A stretch of 57,277 nucleotides of DNA, filler included, from Sphacelaria rigidula (taxonomy: Eukaryota), in the NCBI GenBank assembly GCA_964200075.2. It is 4 parts of 4 records of this genome, joined end to end, with 100 filler letters (N's around TTAATTAATTAA, not from the genome) between each part and the next. Parts side by side here need not be neighbours in the genome. Positions count along the whole stretch, not along the records: positions 28,691 to 42,934 come from CAXNAA020002362.1; positions 43,035 to 57,277 come from CAXNAA020002363.1; 2 more parts are not named here. One strand, written 5' to 3'. A model generated the notes under the pieces. The model did no database searches and was not told the DNA's origin. It was given only the letters and a program-made list of their open reading frames with translations. This document shows positions 37,801 to 50,170 of the stretch, one piece after another (the first letter of the stretch is position 1; every line of letters starts with the position of its first letter). The position numbers were made by a program, and so were the translations under genes.

Positions 37801-39344
37801 CGAAGGCTAAAGTAAACACAACGTTGCTCCTAGAAGCTACATCGCGCGGCTATCACCCAGCGCGCCGCAGCTGTTGGGTGGGTTGGATTTGACAACCGGT
37901 GCAGCCGCTTAAGATCCAAGCACCCTCATGGGGTACCTGTCTAAACAATCCAAACCACCGGATCCGGCTCTTGCTCGAAGTAGCCCTCGTGTCACTCCAA
38001 GCATGAAGCGAGGTACGGCATCTCGGTTTTTCGGCTAAAAAACAAATGGGAGGGTGTAACAGCAGCATCGGCTTGGTGTGTAACGCACAAATCGGCGTTC
38101 ATTACTCCCAATCAACAGCTCACACCAGCAGTTGCTCGCTGTGAATACCCCCCTGATTGCTTCCGTTTTCCGCCCCATCACTGCCACTAAAATCTGATGA
38201 CGTTCGAGGTCATACCGACCGCCTTGGGCCAGTGCCGCGCATTAACGGACAAGAATTCGGTGATGCATGATTCGCTTAACCGGTGCGGCGTTTACGTACC
38301 ACAATACAATTTTTGCTAATGGGTGTAGCCAGCGCCACGTTGTTCCCGCCAGCTGTATCACGCATCAAAAATCGTGCTCGCGGCTGTGTTGCATTTAAGG
38401 GAGACAACGGGCGGTGCCAATAATTTCTGGCAACATTTGATGTAACACCGACCCCCTGTGCCAGTATCGCGTATTAGCGGACGGTAATCGTGTGGGGCAT
38501 AGTGCATTCAACCGGGGCGGCTTCACGTGTAACAATATAGTGTGCAACATAATGGGTGCATACAGCGCTACATTGTTCCTGCCAGCTGTATCACGCGTCA
38601 AAAATCGTGCGTGCAGCTGTTGCATTTAACGGATACAACGTGTAGAGACTTATGCCTTCCGACATCAACTCGGCGCTTCCTGCTCAATCAAGAATAGCTG
38701 AAGGTTCTGACTCTGAACTTGTAAGAGCATCGAATCGAACTGCGTGGGCGGCACGACGCTTTACTTTACCTAAATGCATCGCGCACAGGACTCGCTCATA
38801 GCCACCTACGCGCACGTTGTGTAGTAAGCCTGGAGCGGGTGCGACGCTGATATCAACTCTTCTTGAAAAAATCTCATTTTTGTGCCGCCTTCCGTGCTAC
38901 CGTATCGTCGTTGTGGGCGCGCATCCGTTTTATCTGCCTCAAGATACGTCCGTAAAGCATGGCGGTAATAACTGCACCTCCCTTCCCAGTCACGCTGTGA
39001 GCAATATCGCTACGCTAACGTTGTGAACACGCATCTTCAAGCGGCGCGAGCACACTCGAATGGGCCTTAGTCTTGAGGTTCATCTCGTAGTCTCAGCTCA
39101 TGTATCACTTCATGTTTTCTTTCTTCGATTGAGTCTCAGTAGACATACAATATCCCGAAATCATACTGTTATTTATGTGGGTATGTGCCCACTGACGCTC
39201 GTCATGGGTGGCGCATTCCCCAGCTCCACTTATTACAGCAGTACGCATGACAAACGTAAATTTCCGCCTGAGCAGCTGTCTTATCTTGAAGCATTTTTTT
39301 CGCAAGTGCAAATGTTTCGGCTGATGATATGATCGAACACAACA

Positions 39345-39363
39345 GTCCCGGTGAGAAGCACCA
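39345..39363 (-). promoter_or_regulatory. Primer-binding site TGGTGCTTCTCACCGGGAC
   Basis: Directly abuts the LTR end (CA). Its complement ...CCCGGTGAGAAGCACCA looks like a tRNA 3' end. The tRNA identity was not determined. Confidence 0.8.
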
Positions 39364-39985
39364 TGATGCAAGTAAACGGCAGTCTCCAGTTGTTGTCAGC
39401 ATTTGCTCAACTCTACAGTGCAGGTTGATCACTGAACTAGGCAAACAACAAAACTTCGGTCAACGATTACAATATTTCACTGTTTCGTGTAGGACCTTTC
39501 ATTTTACTTATTATTTGACTACCCTTCATTTGTGCACGAGTTCGTTCACATTCATTTACTACAGGCCGATCCTTTCACATCTGTTTCAATCTTGTAACAA
39601 TCGTAAGTTCACATCGCGTGGGGAGACAGTCCAACGCAGTACAGTACGCGTCGATCGTCAGGATATCCTTGTTCACAGCTTCAGGTGATTCGATTTCTTT
39701 TGTTTCTTGGTGGTGTTGATAGCCAGAGTCTTCTCGAGAAGTTCTTCTGAACACCAGGGCATCCTAGTGTTGCACCGATTCTTAGAAAGAATCGGATTCA
39801 ATCAGATGTAAGAGGCATGTTTTTATGTACTCCGTATCTTGACGGATTACTGAACATCCTTACCCCTGACCGCAGGTACTAGCCAGTTCCCGCGATCAGC
39901 CCTCCGGGCGCGTATCTTCGTTCCGAATCAACGGCCCATCATTGTGCTGTCCCCCTTCAACCGCATCACGCCGCGATCCGTAAAA
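39364..39985 (-). repeat. LTR (622 bp) flanked by both a PPT and a PBS
   Basis: Copy of 32167-32811 with a ~23-bp deletion. PPT at 39986-39994 on one side, PBS on the other. Confidence 0.85.
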
Positions 39986-40807
39986 CCCCCCTCAGTCCTA
40001 GGATTGAAAAACCCTGGGACTGACGTGATTCACACGATGGATCGCCGCGTTACCATGTCCCTCTTCCGAGTTCAGCGTCGGGGTGTAGTCGTCGATCTTG
40101 AAAATCGTTCTGCCGGGTTAGACCACGTAGGGAATTCAAAGACCGTGCAGAACAATCTCAAACAGTCTCGGCAACTCCCGCTCTTGTAGATCTCTCTGCC
40201 AGGTTAGACCACGTAGGGAATTTGAAGACGGTACAGAAACGATCCCATCCAGTCCGGAGAAGTCCTTGATCTTGTTGACCGCTCTGCCGGGTTATACCGC
40301 GTAGGGAATTAGAACATCGTACAGAAACGATCTCACCCAGTCCGGAGAGGTCTTCAATCTTGTTGACCGCTCTGGGCTGTCCGTAAACCGTTTGCGGATC
40401 TTGGTACACCGGGGAATCTACCTCACGATTGAGCCCCCTTTCTGCTCGAGATGGTGTATGAGATGGACGTGGCCTGTCTGCGGTTGATATAATTTCCACA
40501 AGGCATGAAACACATCCGACTGTACCGCAGTGTATTATAATCTCCATGATCCAAGAGTCACGAGGGTGGTGTCTGGAAGAAACATTCTCAGTCATCAACG
40601 GCGTGAGAAACGATGGAACCAGTGAAATGAATAGCAGCGCTTCACCAGTATAACGATAGCGAACAAGACAATAAAGGGGAAGGAGAACGACGGGAACAGC
40701 AATATAAACGGACAAAACAGGTTCAAGTGTGTGCATTTGGCCAGGGTATCGCGTGTCGGGGACAGCCAGGTATAAATTCATGGACTCCCAAGAGAATTCT
40801 GACTCCA

Positions 40808-41312
40808 TGTCAACCTGTTCGGACAGCATGGGAAAATCCTGGCCGCTTGTCAACCTGCTCGGATAGCATGGGGAATCCTGGATACCTGTCAACCTGTTCG
40901 CACGCGAAAGGGAAACTCCTGGCCCCCTGTTAACCTGTTCGAAAACATATGGGAAATCCTGGCTCCCTGTCAACCTGTTCCAAAACATATGGGAAATCCT
41001 GAATCTCTGTCAACCTGTTCGCGCGCGCAAGGGAAACTCCTGGCCCCCTGTTAACCTGTTCGAAAACATATGGGAAATCCTGGCTCCCTGTCAACCTGTT
41101 CCAAACATATGGGAAATCCTGAATCTCTGTGAACCTGTTTGCGCGCACAAGGGAAACTCCTGGCCCTCTGTCAACCTGTTCGAAAACATATGGGAAATCC
41201 TGGCTCCCTGTCAACCTGTTCCAAAACATATGGGAAATCCTGAATCTCTGTGAACCTGTTTGCGCGCACAAGGGAAACTCCTGGCCCTCTGTCAACCTGT
41301 TCGAAAACATAT
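40808..41312. repeat. 39-41 bp minisatellite, second copy
   Basis: Same consensus as 33635-34105, with a regular three-unit (~121 bp) higher-order period. Confidence 0.95.
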
Positions 41313-41391
41313 GGTCTTGACATCTCCAGCCTTCGTCCTCGCCCATTTTCCTGTATGCAATCAAATCCTGCTTGTTCGCTGTATGGTGCAA

Positions 41392-41427
<36 letters not shown>

Positions 41428-41777
41428 TTACACAACTTTCTCGTTCATCCATTCGATGTCTGACTTGTATGTTGTCAGCTTGCATAGTCTCCACGATAAA
41501 CACACGAGTCGTTAATTACAAGCCAACAGCTTGAATCAGATTATTTTCAGTGTAAATCTCGGCAAAGGAATGTGTGGAACCCATGGACTCTCAAGACCAG
41601 AAGAATGCAGCCCTGCCCCCGGGACGGTCATGGCGCGCAGACAGGTGGACGGTCATCTTCGAATTGATTGTCGGAGCACGCGCATGTAGACGGTTATCTT
41701 TGAATGGATTGTCAGAGCGTGCACAAGTAGACGATCATCTTCGAATTGATTGTCGGAGTGTGCACTAGTATAGGCGG

Positions 41778-42188
41778 TCAACGGGAACTAACCTCCGACG
41801 GTGTCATCTCTTCCCAATCCCCATCCTCATACTTGATACGGTAATACGGCTGACGGAAGTCGAACACTTCCCCGTTGAATTCCTGTCGCTCACCTTGGCT
41901 GTCCACAAACTGTTTACGTATTCTGGTCCCTCGAGGAATGAGTCGCAAAGCTTCATCCCGAGCAAAAGAGTCTCTTCCCGCTCGAGATGGGTTAACGGAT
42001 GGGCGCGGTTTGGTGTGCGGGTTATATAGTTCCCACAAAGCATGAAACACGTCCAACTGTAGCTCAGTGAAACTGTCTAAAACTTCCTCCTCTGAAAGCC
42101 AGTGAGACTCGGTTCCGTCGTGAAACAACCCCCGATAGGCCCACTCCCAGGACGATCCTGATCCTAACACCACCTTTCTATCTGTCAA
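41778..42188 (-). CDS. Integrase C-terminal chromodomain-like plus Tudor-like module
   Basis: LTDRKVVLGSGSSWEWAYRGLFHDGTESHWLSEEEVLDSFTELQLDVFHALW followed by GTRIRKQF...FNGEVFDFRQPYYRIKYEDGDWEEM. The upstream integrase is broken. Confidence 0.7.
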   Translation of the reverse strand: MTDRKVVLGSGSSWEWAYRGLFHDGTESHWLSEEEVLDSFTELQLDVFHALWELYNPHTKPRPSVNPSRAGRDSFARDEALRLIPRGTRIRKQFVDSQGERQEFNGEVFDFRQPYYRIKYEDGDWEEMTPSEVSSR

Positions 42189-42934
42189 TGTATACAGTTG
42201 CGGAACGGTCGTGATCTCCTCGGCTAACCCTGAACATGCCCCCCCAAGCTAGCTAACAGACCTCGCCTGGACCTGAATGCGGCAGCTGTTCTGGGTGCAC
42301 ATTAAATTTCTCCACGTTGGCCGCGAACACCGTTCGCTCTTGTACTTTACGCACCTGCATTTTGACCTCAAGATTAAGACCTGGTATCACCCCCCTGCTG
42401 CACCGTCCCCGGCCCAGTCTACAAGTCATGTACAAATTTGGCCGGTACATCTTCGTTCAGAAGGGAGCTGTCAGACTCTTTGACTAGCGTCATATCTTAT
42501 ACCTCTTCCCTACGCCGGTGGCGTTGGGTTAACAGCTCCTGAAAGTCCTTCAATTTTTGTCGCTGTTGCTTTACCGTGTTGTTCAACTGTAGGGATTCTG
42601 CTTTAGGTGACACAGAGTCGACTTGGGTGCGAGGCTCGCGCTCAAAAGTAGCATTAATCGCGTTGAGCTATCCGGCAGTGACTGGTCTGAAGTAGTATGA
42701 TGAATCCATACAGCAAGATACACATACTCGTCCCCCCATTGTAGACGCGGCTCACATAGCTCGGCTAAAACGAACTCCCCCCCAGCGTCACTTCAAAGGA
42801 AATAGGGCGTTTCGAGCGTCAAGAACAGTTCCAGCAGACCCTTAACTACGTGCTCAGTAACCTTGGGCTGCTAGTGAAAGAGCAAAGAGAACTTGGTTGC
42901 TCGATCCATAACAACCAACAAGTACTTATTACCA

Positions 42935-43034
42935 NNNNNNNNNNNNNNNNNNNNNNNNNNNNNNNNNNNNNNNNNNNNTTAATTAATTAANNNNNNNNNN
43001 NNNNNNNNNNNNNNNNNNNNNNNNNNNNNNNNNN
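42935..43034. other. Artificial contig-joining spacer
   Basis: N44-TTAATTAATTAA-N44. Confidence 0.97.
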
Positions 43035-43439
43035 AGTTGGAATACCCGTAGGTCACATCAACTAGCCCTCCGAGCCCATCAGTCGAATAGCTGGGCTCAT
43101 CATTGTACTGCCCTTCTTCCATGTATGCCGCGATCCATAACACCTCCCCTCAGATCTAGGATTGACAAACCCTGGGGCTGAACGTGGTTCGACGATGGAT
43201 CGCCGCGTTACCACATTCCTCGTCCTCGCGTATTCGACGTTGTTTTCGTGCAGCCGTCGATCTTGGTAACCGCTCTGCCGGGTTAGACCACGTAGGGGAT
43301 TTAAACACCGTACAGAAACAATCCCATCCAGTCCGGAGAAGTCCTTGATCTTGTTGACCGCTCTGCCGGGTTAGACCACGTAGGGAATTTAAACACCGTA
43401 CAGAACCGATCCCATCCCGTCCGGAGGAGCTCTTGTTCC

Positions 43440-44880
43440 TGTTGATCGCTCTGGGCTGTCCGTGAACCGTTTGCGGATCTTGGTACATCGGGGAATCTAC
43501 CGCGCGATGGAGCCCCTCTCTGCTCGAGATGGTGTATCAGATGGACGTGGCCTGGTCTGCGGTTGATATAATTTCCCACAAGGCATGAAGCACATCCAAC
43601 TGTAACTCAGTGCAACTGTCCAAATCCTCTCCTCTGAAAGCCAGTGTGGCTTAGCTCCGTCGTGAAACAACCGTTGATGTTCTCACACTCACGACGATCC
43701 TGGGCCCATCCGTCAGAGCATATAGTAGAGGTGTGGACGTGATGTCCTCAGCAAACCCTAAATCTGCCCCCCCCAAGCTAGCTAACAGACCTCGCCTGGA
43801 AATGAGTGCTGCAGCTGTTCTGAGTGCACATGAAGTTTCTTCACGTTGGCCGCGAACACCGTTCGCTCTTGTACTTTACGCACCTGCATTTTGACCTCAA
43901 GATTGAGACCTGGTATCACCCCCTACTGCACCGTCCCCGGCCCAGTCTACAAGTCGTGCACTAGTTTGGCCGATACATCTTCGTTCAGATGGGAGCTGTC
44001 AGACTCTTTGACTAGCATCATATATTATACCTCTTCCCTACGCCGGTGACGTTGAGTTAACAGCCCATGAACATCCTTCAATTTTGTCGCTGTTGCTCTA
44101 CCGTGTTATTCAACGGTAGGGATTCTGCTTCAGGTGACACAGATTCGACTTGGGTGCAAGGCTCGCGCTCAAAAGCAACATTAATCGCGTTGGGTTATGC
44201 GGCAGTGACTGGTCGGAAGTAGTGTGATGAATCCATACAGCAGGATGCACATACTCGTCCCACCATTCCAGACCCTGCTCACATAGCTCAGCTAAAACGC
44301 CACACAACCACTCTCCGTATCTCTCCAGGGCACCCTGATCGCGAGGGTGATCTGCGGGATCATGATCCAGTTTCACCTTCATCCACATGGCATACATGGT
44401 TTACTACTTCCAAAGTGAATTCCCCCCCAGCGTCACTTCAAAGAAAATAGGGCGTTTCGAGCGTCAAGAACAGTTTCAGCAGACCCTTAACTACGTGCGC
44501 AGTAACCTTGGGCTGCTAGTGAAAGCGCAAAGAGAACTTGGTTGCTTGACCCATAACAACCAACAAATACTGATTACCAGAAGTAGAAATCTGCTTTATG
44601 TCCGATATGCTCATCTACATCATCTCCCAGAACTACAAGAAGCGGGCGGGTCGCACCATTATGGTGTGACTATTAGTACGTTTGCGTTGGCGACAATCAC
44701 AAGACAGCACGTGTTTGCGAGTATCGACGGAGAGACCGGGTCACTCATAGCGTGCGTCGACCACTACAGTCGTTTTCATCACTCCGGCGTCCCCTTGCGT
44801 AGTGTGCACCAACGCGAGCAGGCCAGGCACTATACTGCGTGGAATAGCCAACTTACTTGGTGCCCAACTTACCTGGCGCC
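43440..44880 (-). pseudogene. Degenerate Gypsy integrase (HHCC, core, GPY/F-like, chromo-like)
   Basis: Broken frames: IPRSIVPGLLALVHTTQGDAGV...VLSCDCRQRK; SGNQYLLVVM; PADHPRDQGALERYGEWLCGVLAELC...WDEYVHPAVW. Confidence 0.85.
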
Positions 44881-45204
44881 CTAGGTGAGGTATACCATAG
44901 AAGATCATCATTTTAGAACGTACGCTTTCTGCCTTTAACCTGTACCTTCGTCCTTTTCTCCAACATTAACATCTCCCTGATGAGCTCAAGCCGGCAGTCC
45001 CGCTCTTGCAGCAACACTAGTCGCGGCTTGTTCATCAGAATCGCTCTCGCCTGCTCGAGAACGGTCTGAGGGCTACCTTTACCTGGTATCCGTGGCTCCT
45101 CAGGTGGAGCCTCCCCTTTCCAATCTGGTTTACTCCAACACAATCCAACGCCTCCCAGTCCGCATCAGCGTATCACTTCTACGAACTCTTTGGCTGCCAA
45201 AATA

Positions 45205-45415
45205 CTTCCTCTAGTTCCGAATGAAAAAACCCATTCGTTAAATCAACACTCGTACAGTACTTGGATTCTGCTAGCCCACCATACATGGTCTGCATATCCC
45301 TCAAACTGCCACTGTATTACTACATAAGTTGGTTCAGCCCACGATAATCTTGACATAGTTTAAACTACCGTCCGTCTTTCTTTCGAACCGTGACGCAGGC
45401 GGCCGTCCGTGCTAG
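45205..45415 (-). pseudogene. N-terminal fragment of reverse transcriptase
   Basis: AACVTVRKKDG..FKLCQDYRGLNQL...GLAESKYCTSVDLTNGFFH matches Gypsy RT motifs. YxDD and RNase H are absent. Confidence 0.8.
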
Positions 45416-45715
45416 CGTCGATCGAACATAGCCCGGGACTAGCTTGCTAGCGAAACCTTCTGAGCTTACGTCCTTCGTTAAATGCAGCAGCCACTGCAGC
45501 GTAGTATCGTCGTCCCACGTCACTCCAAGATTTTTGCACACCTCACTTGATGCTGCCAGTTCGTTCCGACCAGACAACCTCCCCGTCGAGTCGTCACCGA
45601 GCGCGCTTGGCTTGACAGCACAGAAGAGGCCCAAAATTGCCGGATCTCCTTGGCTGGTGAAGTGGTCGGTGTCAACAGCTCCGAGTTTTGGGGGACTGTT
45701 AGCCACGAACCATAC

Positions 45716-46062
45716 TCACGGCGCCTCCGGCGAAGGCCGAAATCTCGATCGCTCTCCGAAAGATAACGTGCTCTTGTTTCTCCTGAAGAAGCTCGCTGCC
45801 GGAATAAACCCATATGGTAATCCATGGACCACCCGGACCCATACCTTTACTAACTTATCCTTTGTGCGAAAAAGAATAGGAATTGTCGCTGACCCTAGAG
45901 TTTTTATCTGAGGTATCTTACTGTTACTAGGGTTAGCGGACCTCAAAATTTCTGCTCCCTGCCGTTGCAACTTATTTGCTATTTTACCCCACGTTACCAA
46001 TACCTCCACCACTGTTTCGATGCATAGCTCCTCCCCCTGCCCCGGTGCCCAGTAACACCGTT
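45716..46062 (-). pseudogene. Degenerate retroviral-type aspartic protease
   Basis: VLLGTGAG (catalytic D of DTG replaced by G) then IKTLGSATIPILF...VRVVHGLPYGFIPAASFF. Confidence 0.65.
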
Positions 46063-47055
46063 ACTGGTGAGCGGTGGCTACTCTTGCTGTGGTGCCAAAT
46101 TTCAATTTGTACCCACAGCTGCTGTGCATCGTTCCTACTCGCTTCGGCTAAAATGGCGTTCGAAGCAGGGGTAGCCCCGGACGGGTGAAATATTTGTATG
46201 CGTACCCATCGGGTTAGGTGGAACCTAGTCCCTAGATCGATGCTACAGAGGCTGCGGCAGCGGCGGCAGCAGCTGAGCAGGGAATATGTACACTGCTGGT
46301 TGCGCCTGGCTTAAGATGAACAATGTCAACGGAGACCCAGTTACTGGAAGTATCCGCTGAATAAAAATGGAGGGAGGATCGGTTGTGCAAACCGTTGGTG
46401 AGGAGCACTAAGCAATTTCATTTGCGGCGCTTCAGCGGCGTTTTATTGTAAAGGCGCGAAAATACTGCTGTCATCGTCGTGGCGCAAAAAACTGCTGCAG
46501 TGGCGGACGCACAAAAGATTGATGCTACTGAGGAGGTGCGGCAACCTTCTGCCGCGTGAGAGGGTGCGTCAACCTGCCGCTGCATGGGAAGGTGCTTGCA
46601 CGGGAGGCTGTTGGACGGATCCCGCCGGGTAGAAGGGCTGGGCTCGAGGGTTGAAGGGGTTGCCACTCATTATTCATCGATTTGGGGTTGACTATGTGAT
46701 AATCGACACTTGAAACCTGCACGCACGTGCCACATAAATGTAAAACACCGTGAACTAATTATGGATGATTCATTGCAGTGTATTACAATCTCCATAATTC
46801 GAGAGTCACGAAGGCGGTGTCTGGAAGAAACATTCTCAGTCATCAACGGCGTGAGAAACGATGGAACCAGTAACATGGATAGCAGCGCTTTACCAGAATA
46901 ATGATAGCGAACAAACAAAAAAAGGGGAAGAAGAACGAAGGGAACAGCAATATAATCGGACAAAACAGGTTCACGCGTGTGCATTTGGCCAGGGTATCAC
47001 GTGTCGGGGACAGCCAGGTATACGTTCGTGGACTCCCAAGGGAATTCTGACTCCA

Positions 47056-47440
47056 TGTCAACCTGTTCGGGCACACATAGGAAAATCCTGGCCCCTTGTC
47101 AACCTGTTCGGACAGCATGGGAATTCCTGGATGCCTGTCAACCTGTTCGGGCACACGTGGGAAAATCCTGCCCCCCTGTCAACCTGTTCGGACAGCATGG
47201 GAATTCCTGGATGCCTGTCAACCTGTTCGGGCACACGTGGGAAATCCTGCCCCCCTGTCAACCTGTTCGGACAGCATGGGAATTTCTGGATGCCTGTCAA
47301 CCTGTTCGCACGCGCAAGGGAAACTCCTGGCCCCCTGTCAACCTGTTCGAAAACATATGGGAAATCCTGGATCTCTGTCAACCTGTTCGCACGCACAAAG
47401 GAAACTCCTGGCCCCCTGTCAACCTGTTCGAAAACACATG
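47056..47440. repeat. 39-41 bp minisatellite, third copy
   Basis: Same TGTCAACCTGTTCG core with a different variant order (about 10 units). Confidence 0.95.
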
Positions 47441-48179
47441 GTCTTGACATCTTGAGCCTTCGTCCTCGCCCATTTTCCTGTATGCAATAAAATTCTGCTT
47501 GTTCGCTGTATGGTGCAAGCATATACATATATACATATATATGGTTCATACAACTTTCTCGTTCATCCATTCAATGTCTGGCTTGTATGTTAGCAACTTG
47601 CATAGTCTCCGCGGTAAACAGACGAGTCGTTCATTACAAGCCAACAACATTTTTATCAGATTATTTCCGGTATAAATCTCGGCAAAGGTATGTATGGTGT
47701 GTGGAACCCCTGGACTCTCAAGACCAGAAGAATGTAGCCCTGCCCCCGGGGCGGTCATAGCGCGCACAGGTAGACGGTCATCTTCGAATTGATTGTCGGA
47801 GCACGCCCATGTAGACGGTCATCTTCGAATGGATTGTTGGAGCGTGCACAAGTAGACGGTCAACTTCGAATTGATTGTCGGAGCGTGCACGAGTATAGAC
47901 GGCCAACGGGAACTGACGGAGCATCCGTCTGGTGGCCTCACGCAAACACATTAGCATGCAGCTTCGCTCATAGTCGCTCAATCGTTGTGGATCAGGGTTG
48001 ATTATCACATTCATGAGTAGCTACATAGAAATTGGCAGGCAGGCACCAACAATAATAGTTGAGGAGCAACTGTTGCACGCTTCATGCCGTCCTGTGACCC
48101 ACCGCTGCGGCTAAATTCATCAAATAGTAAATAATGGTATGTTCAACAGTGCACCTGGAAACAAACATCCACATATTCA

Positions 48180-50170
48180 CAGTCGAATGGTAAGCTAGAA
48201 GTGCATGGTTGGGTTTGATCTCTCAGAACTGAAACAACTTAAAACAACTCTCCATTTGTGTTACGCATGCATGGCTCGCATAATCTCTTTGAAACTATTT
48301 ACCAAGGGCGCAAACGATCAAACAGGGGGAGCAACGTAGAGATTACATCCATTTTTCATGGCAATAAAGCATTTCGAGCATAAATGATTTGCCCCCCCCT
48401 GACCAGAGGGTAGGGTGAATACCTCATGTTTCGTTCATTCAAGCCTCGCAATTTATGTTCACGGCTACTCGGTACCGTGCCTGGTGGCATGTATGCAGAC
48501 AGTATGACATTACGGTTAGACAAACAGATTTCCGTGCATTAGCGGACGGCAGCGTAACAATGTCATTCTCTATCAGTTGCATACACGGTCATGGACGAGG
48601 TGCGGTTATTAGGTGCACACGGAAACAATCACACATGTATTGAAAGTCGTGAAGTGAAGTCAAAGCACATGATTGGGTATGATTTCTTCAAATTTGGAGC
48701 AGACATCACATAGCCCCGAAGTTCTCAAGCATTATGACTCGCCCATACCCTTTGAAGCTAATCACCAAGGGCAAAACTATCAATCAGGGGGAACCACGTT
48801 GAAGTGACATTCAATTGCCATGACAATAGCACACATTTAATGCATCAATGATCTGCTCCCCTCCTGACCGAGGTAGGGTAAATACCCCATGTTGATTCAA
48901 GCTTCGCAATTTCCGTTCACGACGAATTGGCTCACATGGTATCGTGCCTTGTAGCCTGTATGCACAACCAGTATGGTATTACGGTCACACAAGCAATTTC
49001 GTGAATTTGCGAAGCACAGAATAAAATGACATCCTTTCACCGTTGCATACGTGGTCATGCATGAGATACTCGAGCAAGTGGTTCGCGTTCCTAAAAGTAT
49101 ATATACTATGCTGTATGTACTCGGTACTAATTGTAGCCGACAACATCTCGATAAACCTGTGTATCTCTTCCACAGGCAGTTCGTGAACTCCCATCTGCTG
49201 ATTGATATCGCGTTCAGTAGTTTCACTCAGGCAACACTGCTATCACTACCTCATGTGTCCCCACAGTATATAGACTCGAATAAACAGTACAGTACACGGC
49301 AAAGGTTCTTCCGTATGCATAGTCCGACATTTGATATTCGATGGTGATTCGGAACAGTTTTGTTCCCACAGTAAAAGCATATTACTCATGCACTGTTAGA
49401 CTGAGTACAAAGTCAACGATTTCATCGAGGAGATGGTGCAGGCTGTAAACAGTCAGTACCGTCATCCTGTACAGCCCTGTTGTATCAGCATCACAATAAA
49501 TATAACGGTTGCATGCCGTAAAACCCAATGGTCTTGTCGCAACTCAATGTGCGGAGACACACGCGATTTTTAATCCGGCGGGTCTTGTCGATTTCGAGTA
49601 TGTGTGGGGCAGCATATTGTACCGTGGTTCCATTTCAGTCAGCTATGTGAAACGAAAACAATCATAGCGTAGAGCAACAGCAGCGTCAGTTGTGAAAAAG
49701 TCTAACGTTAGTCTGTCCAGCGGCGCACCCCGAGCGTGTGGTTACAGCATTATGGATTGCGAACAAAACCAGGATTGTTTTGGTCAGAAACAACCCAGAC
49801 AGTGGTGCGATATGCCTATTATGTTGTTTTTCAACTGCGGAAAAATTAAGCAGAATTCCTGTGAAGAGCAATCATGAAGCAGGAGAGTTGTCAGTGCCAA
49901 ATATGACGGTTGTTGGAGGAGCGCTTGTTTGCACATTGACCACCACTCAGTCCAGACTTCATTTTGAGTTGCGGTGCAAATCGCTCCTTTCCGCTGCATT
50001 GCACAGCAGAAATCGGGCTTACAGCAGGTGTTGCATCGAAGAATATAGCAAAGCTGGAAAGAGCAACACAACAGCTGTTGCATGGAAAGATTTAGTGAAG
50101 CAGTATAGAGAGTCATGCAATCCTAGCATCCACCGTGACTCTACTCATTCAGGTCTACACGACAAGATTT
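48180..50170 (+). pseudogene. Degenerate ORF antisense to the LTR element, possibly Mutator-like transposase
   Basis: Diverged ~465-bp duplication (48200-48600 and 48670-49070) reading MVGFDLSEL...LCYAC...GSNVEITSIF and MIGYDF...GNHVEVTFNCHDN. Later RLHFELRCKSLLSAALHSRN. Homologous to ~36580-36770. Confidence 0.3.

Larger units (their letters stand above)
32167..39985 (-). mobile_element. Non-autonomous Ty3/Gypsy-derived LTR element (LARD-like), 7.8 kb
   Basis: Near-identical LTRs at 39364-39985 and 32167-32811, PBS at 39345-39363, PPT at 32812-32820. Only a protease scrap and chromo/Tudor pieces remain of pol. Confidence 0.85.
39986..42934 (-). mobile_element. 3' part of a second, tandem Gypsy unit (degenerate integrase, chromo+Tudor, arrays, PPT)
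   Basis: 39986-42060 duplicates 32812-34848. 42190-42934 aligns with the integrase relic at 43740-44580. Confidence 0.8.

Noticed and set aside
42190-44580. Local tandem duplication of integrase across 42935-43034
   Set aside because: The two copies are on different concatenated contigs, so adjacency is artificial.
44900-45720. Novel RT-less protease-integrase element or Copia-like domain order
   Set aside because: A Gypsy RT N-terminal remnant (KKDG...CQDYRGLN...VDL..GF) is present at 45205-45415, so this is a deletion derivative.
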